35,930 nucleotides of DNA from an uncultured Caulobacteraceae bacterium (GTDB lineage Bacteria; Pseudomonadota; Alphaproteobacteria; Caulobacterales; Aquidulcibacteraceae). The notes beneath the pieces were generated by a model, which searched no databases, was not told the origin of the DNA, and saw only the letters and a list, made by a program, of their open reading frames with translations. A program made the translations under genes and the position numbers. Below are positions 34,206 to 35,930 of this stretch, piece after piece; position 1 is the first letter of the stretch, and each line of letters opens with the position of its first letter. Location of the stretch: positions 1 through 35,930 of the forward strand of contig CAZAGL010000001.1 of assembly GCA_964484435.1 (NCBI GenBank), read 5' to 3'.

Positions 34206-34242
34206 CCCGGCAAGATTTGCCGGGGCCGGCAAGAATTGCCGG
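34206..34242 (-). terminator. Two tandem palindromic hairpins of the same family (CCCGGCAA-gat-TTGCCGGG and CCGGCAA-gaa-TTGCCGG) immediately downstream of flaF
   Basis: Read directly from the sequence. The stems are 8 bp and 7 bp with 3-nt loops, separated by 1 nt, and begin 10 nt after the flaF stop (34252). They could terminate or insulate flbT-flaF transcription from the flagellin promoter. There is no long U-run. Confidence 0.35.
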
Positions 34243-34251
34243 GCTGGCAGG

Positions 34252-34605
34252 TCAAGCCTTGCCGGACAGCCCCTCCATGATCGAGCGATTCACATCGATC
34301 ATATCCTGAACGGCGCTGATCTGGCGCAGCGCCTCGCGCGAATGACGATCAACCCAAAGCGCCAGGGAAATCAATTGCGCGCGCAACGGGGCCGGCAATT
34401 GATTTTCCGGCTGGGCGCAATCATCGGCCATCAAAGACCATAATTGCAGATTTTTGTTGATGGCCTCGACGCGGGCACCGGCATTGAGGCCATTTTCCTC
34501 GACCACGCGCACCAGCGCCGCCGTGGCGAACGAAAAGGCGCGCCATTCGACATCGCGCGGGGCCTCGGCCCTATTGGCGGCCTGCTGATAGGCTTTGATC
34601 GACAT
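34252..34605 (-). CDS. flaF: Flagellar biosynthesis regulator FlaF
   Basis: The sequence 'MSIKAYQQAANRAEAPRDVEWRAFSFATAALV.......R.EAINKNLQLWSLMADDCAQPENQLPAPLRAQLISLALWVDRHS' is typical FlaF. A GGGAGGGGG RBS lies directly upstream of ATG 34605. Confidence 0.85.
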   Translation of the reverse strand: MSIKAYQQAANRAEAPRDVEWRAFSFATAALVRVVEENGLNAGARVEAINKNLQLWSLMADDCAQPENQLPAPLRAQLISLALWVDRHSREALRQISAVQDMIDVNRSIMEGLSGKA

Positions 34606-34996
34606 GCCCCCTCCCTAAAATGTTTTCCTCATAGGCCATCAGCTTGCGGCAGCGGGTCAATGCCCGATAAAATTGCCCGTTATCGAGATCCTTGCCCATT
34701 TCCAGGCATTCCAGGCGCGCCTCGGGCTGGAGAACCGCCCCGGCGAATTCCTCGATGCGCTGGCGCGCCTCGCTATCCAGCGCTTGGCCATCGCCCTCCC
34801 CTAGATACAGCAGCATGATCGGGAAATAGATGCGCCGGGCCGGGCTTATCGCCTCTTCGGGCTGCATGATGTCCTTTTCGCGCAGGATCGAGGCATGGTT
34901 TTGCAGCATCAGCACGCAGCGCCGATCGCCGTTTTGCACGACAGCGCCATTGACCACGAAACGCTCGCTGGGGCGAAGCGATAGCTTGAGTGGCAA
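34571..34996 (-). CDS. flbT: Flagellar biosynthesis repressor FlbT (TTG start)
   Basis: The sequence '(M)PLKLSLRPSERFVVNGAVVQNGDRRCVLMLQNHASILREKDIMQPEEAISPARRIYFPIMLLYL' is the conserved FlbT N-terminus. There is no in-frame ATG at the conserved start. TTG 34996 is preceded by GGAAGGGG at 7 nt. The track ORF extends spuriously to 35182. The 3' end overlaps flaF by 35 nt. Confidence 0.8.
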   Translation of the reverse strand: MPLKLSLRPSERFVVNGAVVQNGDRRCVLMLQNHASILREKDIMQPEEAISPARRIYFPIMLLYLGEGDGQALDSEARQRIEEFAGAVLQPEARLECLEMGKDLDNGQFYRALTRCRKLMAYEENILGRGHVDQSLSAGRQ

Positions 34997-35199
34997 AGCA
35001 AAACCCCTTCCAGCAAATGCCCGGGCATCGAATGGTGCACGCACCACCCTCGATCCGGGACGAGCGGACACGGCCCAGAGGCAAGAATCTCTATGTGAAG
35101 ACTGGGGCGATATGGTTAATGAAATCTTGGCGCGCTTGACTTGGGTGCCTGCCTTCCACCAGTTAGTTGGCCAGAAAGCCAAACAGGATTTGCCGAAAC

Positions 35200-35930
35200 A
35201 TGCGCTTTGAAGGCACCAAGAATTATGTCGCCACCGAGGATCTGAAGATCGCGGTCAATGCCGCCGTAACGCTGCAGCGCCCGCTGCTCGTCAAAGGCGA
35301 GCCCGGCACCGGCAAGACGGTGCTGGCGATCGAGATTGCCAAGGCGCTGGGCGCGCCGCTGATCGAATGGCATATCAAATCGACCACCAAGGCGCATCAG
35401 GGCCTATATGAATATGACGCCGTGATGCGCCTGCGCGACAGCCAATTGGGCGATCCGCGCGCCACCGATATCCGCAATTACATCAAGCGCGGCAAGCTGT
35501 GGGAGGCTTTCATGGCCGATGAGCGGCCCGTTTTGCTGATCGATGAAATCGACAAGGCCGATATCGAGTTTCCGAACGATCTCCTTCAAGAACTCGATCG
35601 CATGGAATTTTATGTCTATGAATTGAACGAGACGGTGAAGGCCATCAAGCGCCCCGTGGTGATCATCACCTCCAACAATGAAAAAGAATTGCCCGATGCG
35701 TTTTTGCGCCGCTGCTTTTTCCATTTCATCCGCTTCCCCGACGAAAGCACGATGAAAGAAATCATCGACGTGCATTTTCCGGGCGTGAAGCAGCGGCTCA
35801 TCTCCGAGGCGCTCAAAGTGTTTTATGATCTGCGCAAAGTGCCCGGCCTGAAGAAAAAGCCCTCCACCAGCGAATTGCTGGATTGGCTGAAACTGTTGGT
35901 GACCGATGATGTCGATCCCGAAACCCTGCG
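35200..35930 (+). CDS. MoxR-like AAA+ ATPase (AAA_5 / CbbQ-NorQ-type), 5' partial; it continues beyond the window
   Basis: My own translation from ATG 35200 gives 'MRFEGTKNYVATEDLKIAVNAAVTLQRPLLVKGEPGTGKTVLAIEIAKALGAPLIEWHIKSTTKAHQGLYEYDAV...'. The Walker A motif is GEPGTGKT and the Walker B motif is 'VLLIDEIDKAD'. 'VVIITSNNEKELPDAFLRRCFFHFI' is also present. The ORF is absent from the track because it has no stop within the window. Confidence 0.85.
   Translation, partial: MRFEGTKNYVATEDLKIAVNAAVTLQRPLLVKGEPGTGKTVLAIEIAKALGAPLIEWHIKSTTKAHQGLYEYDAVMRLRDSQLGDPRATDIRNYIKRGKLWEAFMADERPVLLIDEIDKADIEFPNDLLQELDRMEFYVYELNETVKAIKRPVVIITSNNEKELPDAFLRRCFFHFIRFPDESTMKEIIDVHFPGVKQRLISEALKVFYDLRKVPGLKKKPSTSELLDWLKLLVTDDVDPETL

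Noticed and set aside
35116-35775. Two minus-strand ORFs (93 aa and 123 aa) listed in the track
   Set aside because: They are antisense shadows of the plus-strand MoxR AAA+ ATPase gene, which shows Walker A and B motifs.
1-35930. Search for CRISPR arrays, tRNA/rRNA genes, IS elements, integrases, phage genes and defence islands
   Set aside because: I saw no spaced direct-repeat arrays, no tRNA-like cloverleaf candidates in the short intergenic gaps, and no transposase, integrase or recombinase motifs. The only defence-related trace is the orphan MNT nucleotidyltransferase, which is reported as a finding.

Overview
This is a high-GC (roughly 60-65% by eye), densely coding chromosomal segment of alphaproteobacterial type. 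The flaF/flbT flagellin regulators and a zwf-edd-glk-eda operon point to that lineage. I recognised no rRNA, tRNA, CRISPR array, IS element or transposase. Many long ORFs in the six-frame track are antisense shadows of real genes, which is typical of GC-rich DNA.

Real content, in order:
1. An envelope block. It has a GT-C-type membrane glycosyltransferase, a convergent 4-bp-overlapping operon (DUF547, then a TVP38/DedA-like membrane protein, then an FAD disulfide oxidoreductase), and a GT2 glycosyltransferase.
2. A methyl-accepting chemotaxis protein, an SLC45/GPH-like MFS sugar symporter, a secreted esterase, an APC permease, a TonB-dependent receptor and an orphan MNT-type nucleotidyltransferase.
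3. The Entner-Doudoroff operon zwf-edd-glk-eda on the minus strand. It sits divergent from an RpiR/HexR regulator across a 575-bp intergenic region.
4. A same-strand alpha-glucan gene train led by hexR. Its members are a GlgB-like protein that has lost the GH13 catalytic nucleophile, a 1191-codon fusion of an intact GH77 amylomaltase (MalQ) to a phosphorylase-kinase-alpha/beta-like GH15 module, a Sec-exported GH13 enzyme and a Tat-exported GH97 alpha-glucosidase.
5. A hypothetical protein with a hydrophobic helix at each end.
6. A flagellin module on the minus strand: flbT (TTG start), flaF, a 566-aa flagellin with two internal Flagellin_IN-like modules, flaG, and a 113-aa protein that carries only a flagellin C-terminal D0-like helix.
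7. The 5' part of a MoxR-type AAA+ ATPase. This gene is absent from the ORF track because it runs off the window.

The most interesting candidates are the translationally coupled pseudo-GlgB plus MalQ-GH15 fusion, a GTAG-N5-CTAC palindrome shared by the hexR and MFS-transporter promoter regions, and the flagellin-C-terminus-only mini-protein. All functional calls come from motif recognition by eye. No database search was run.
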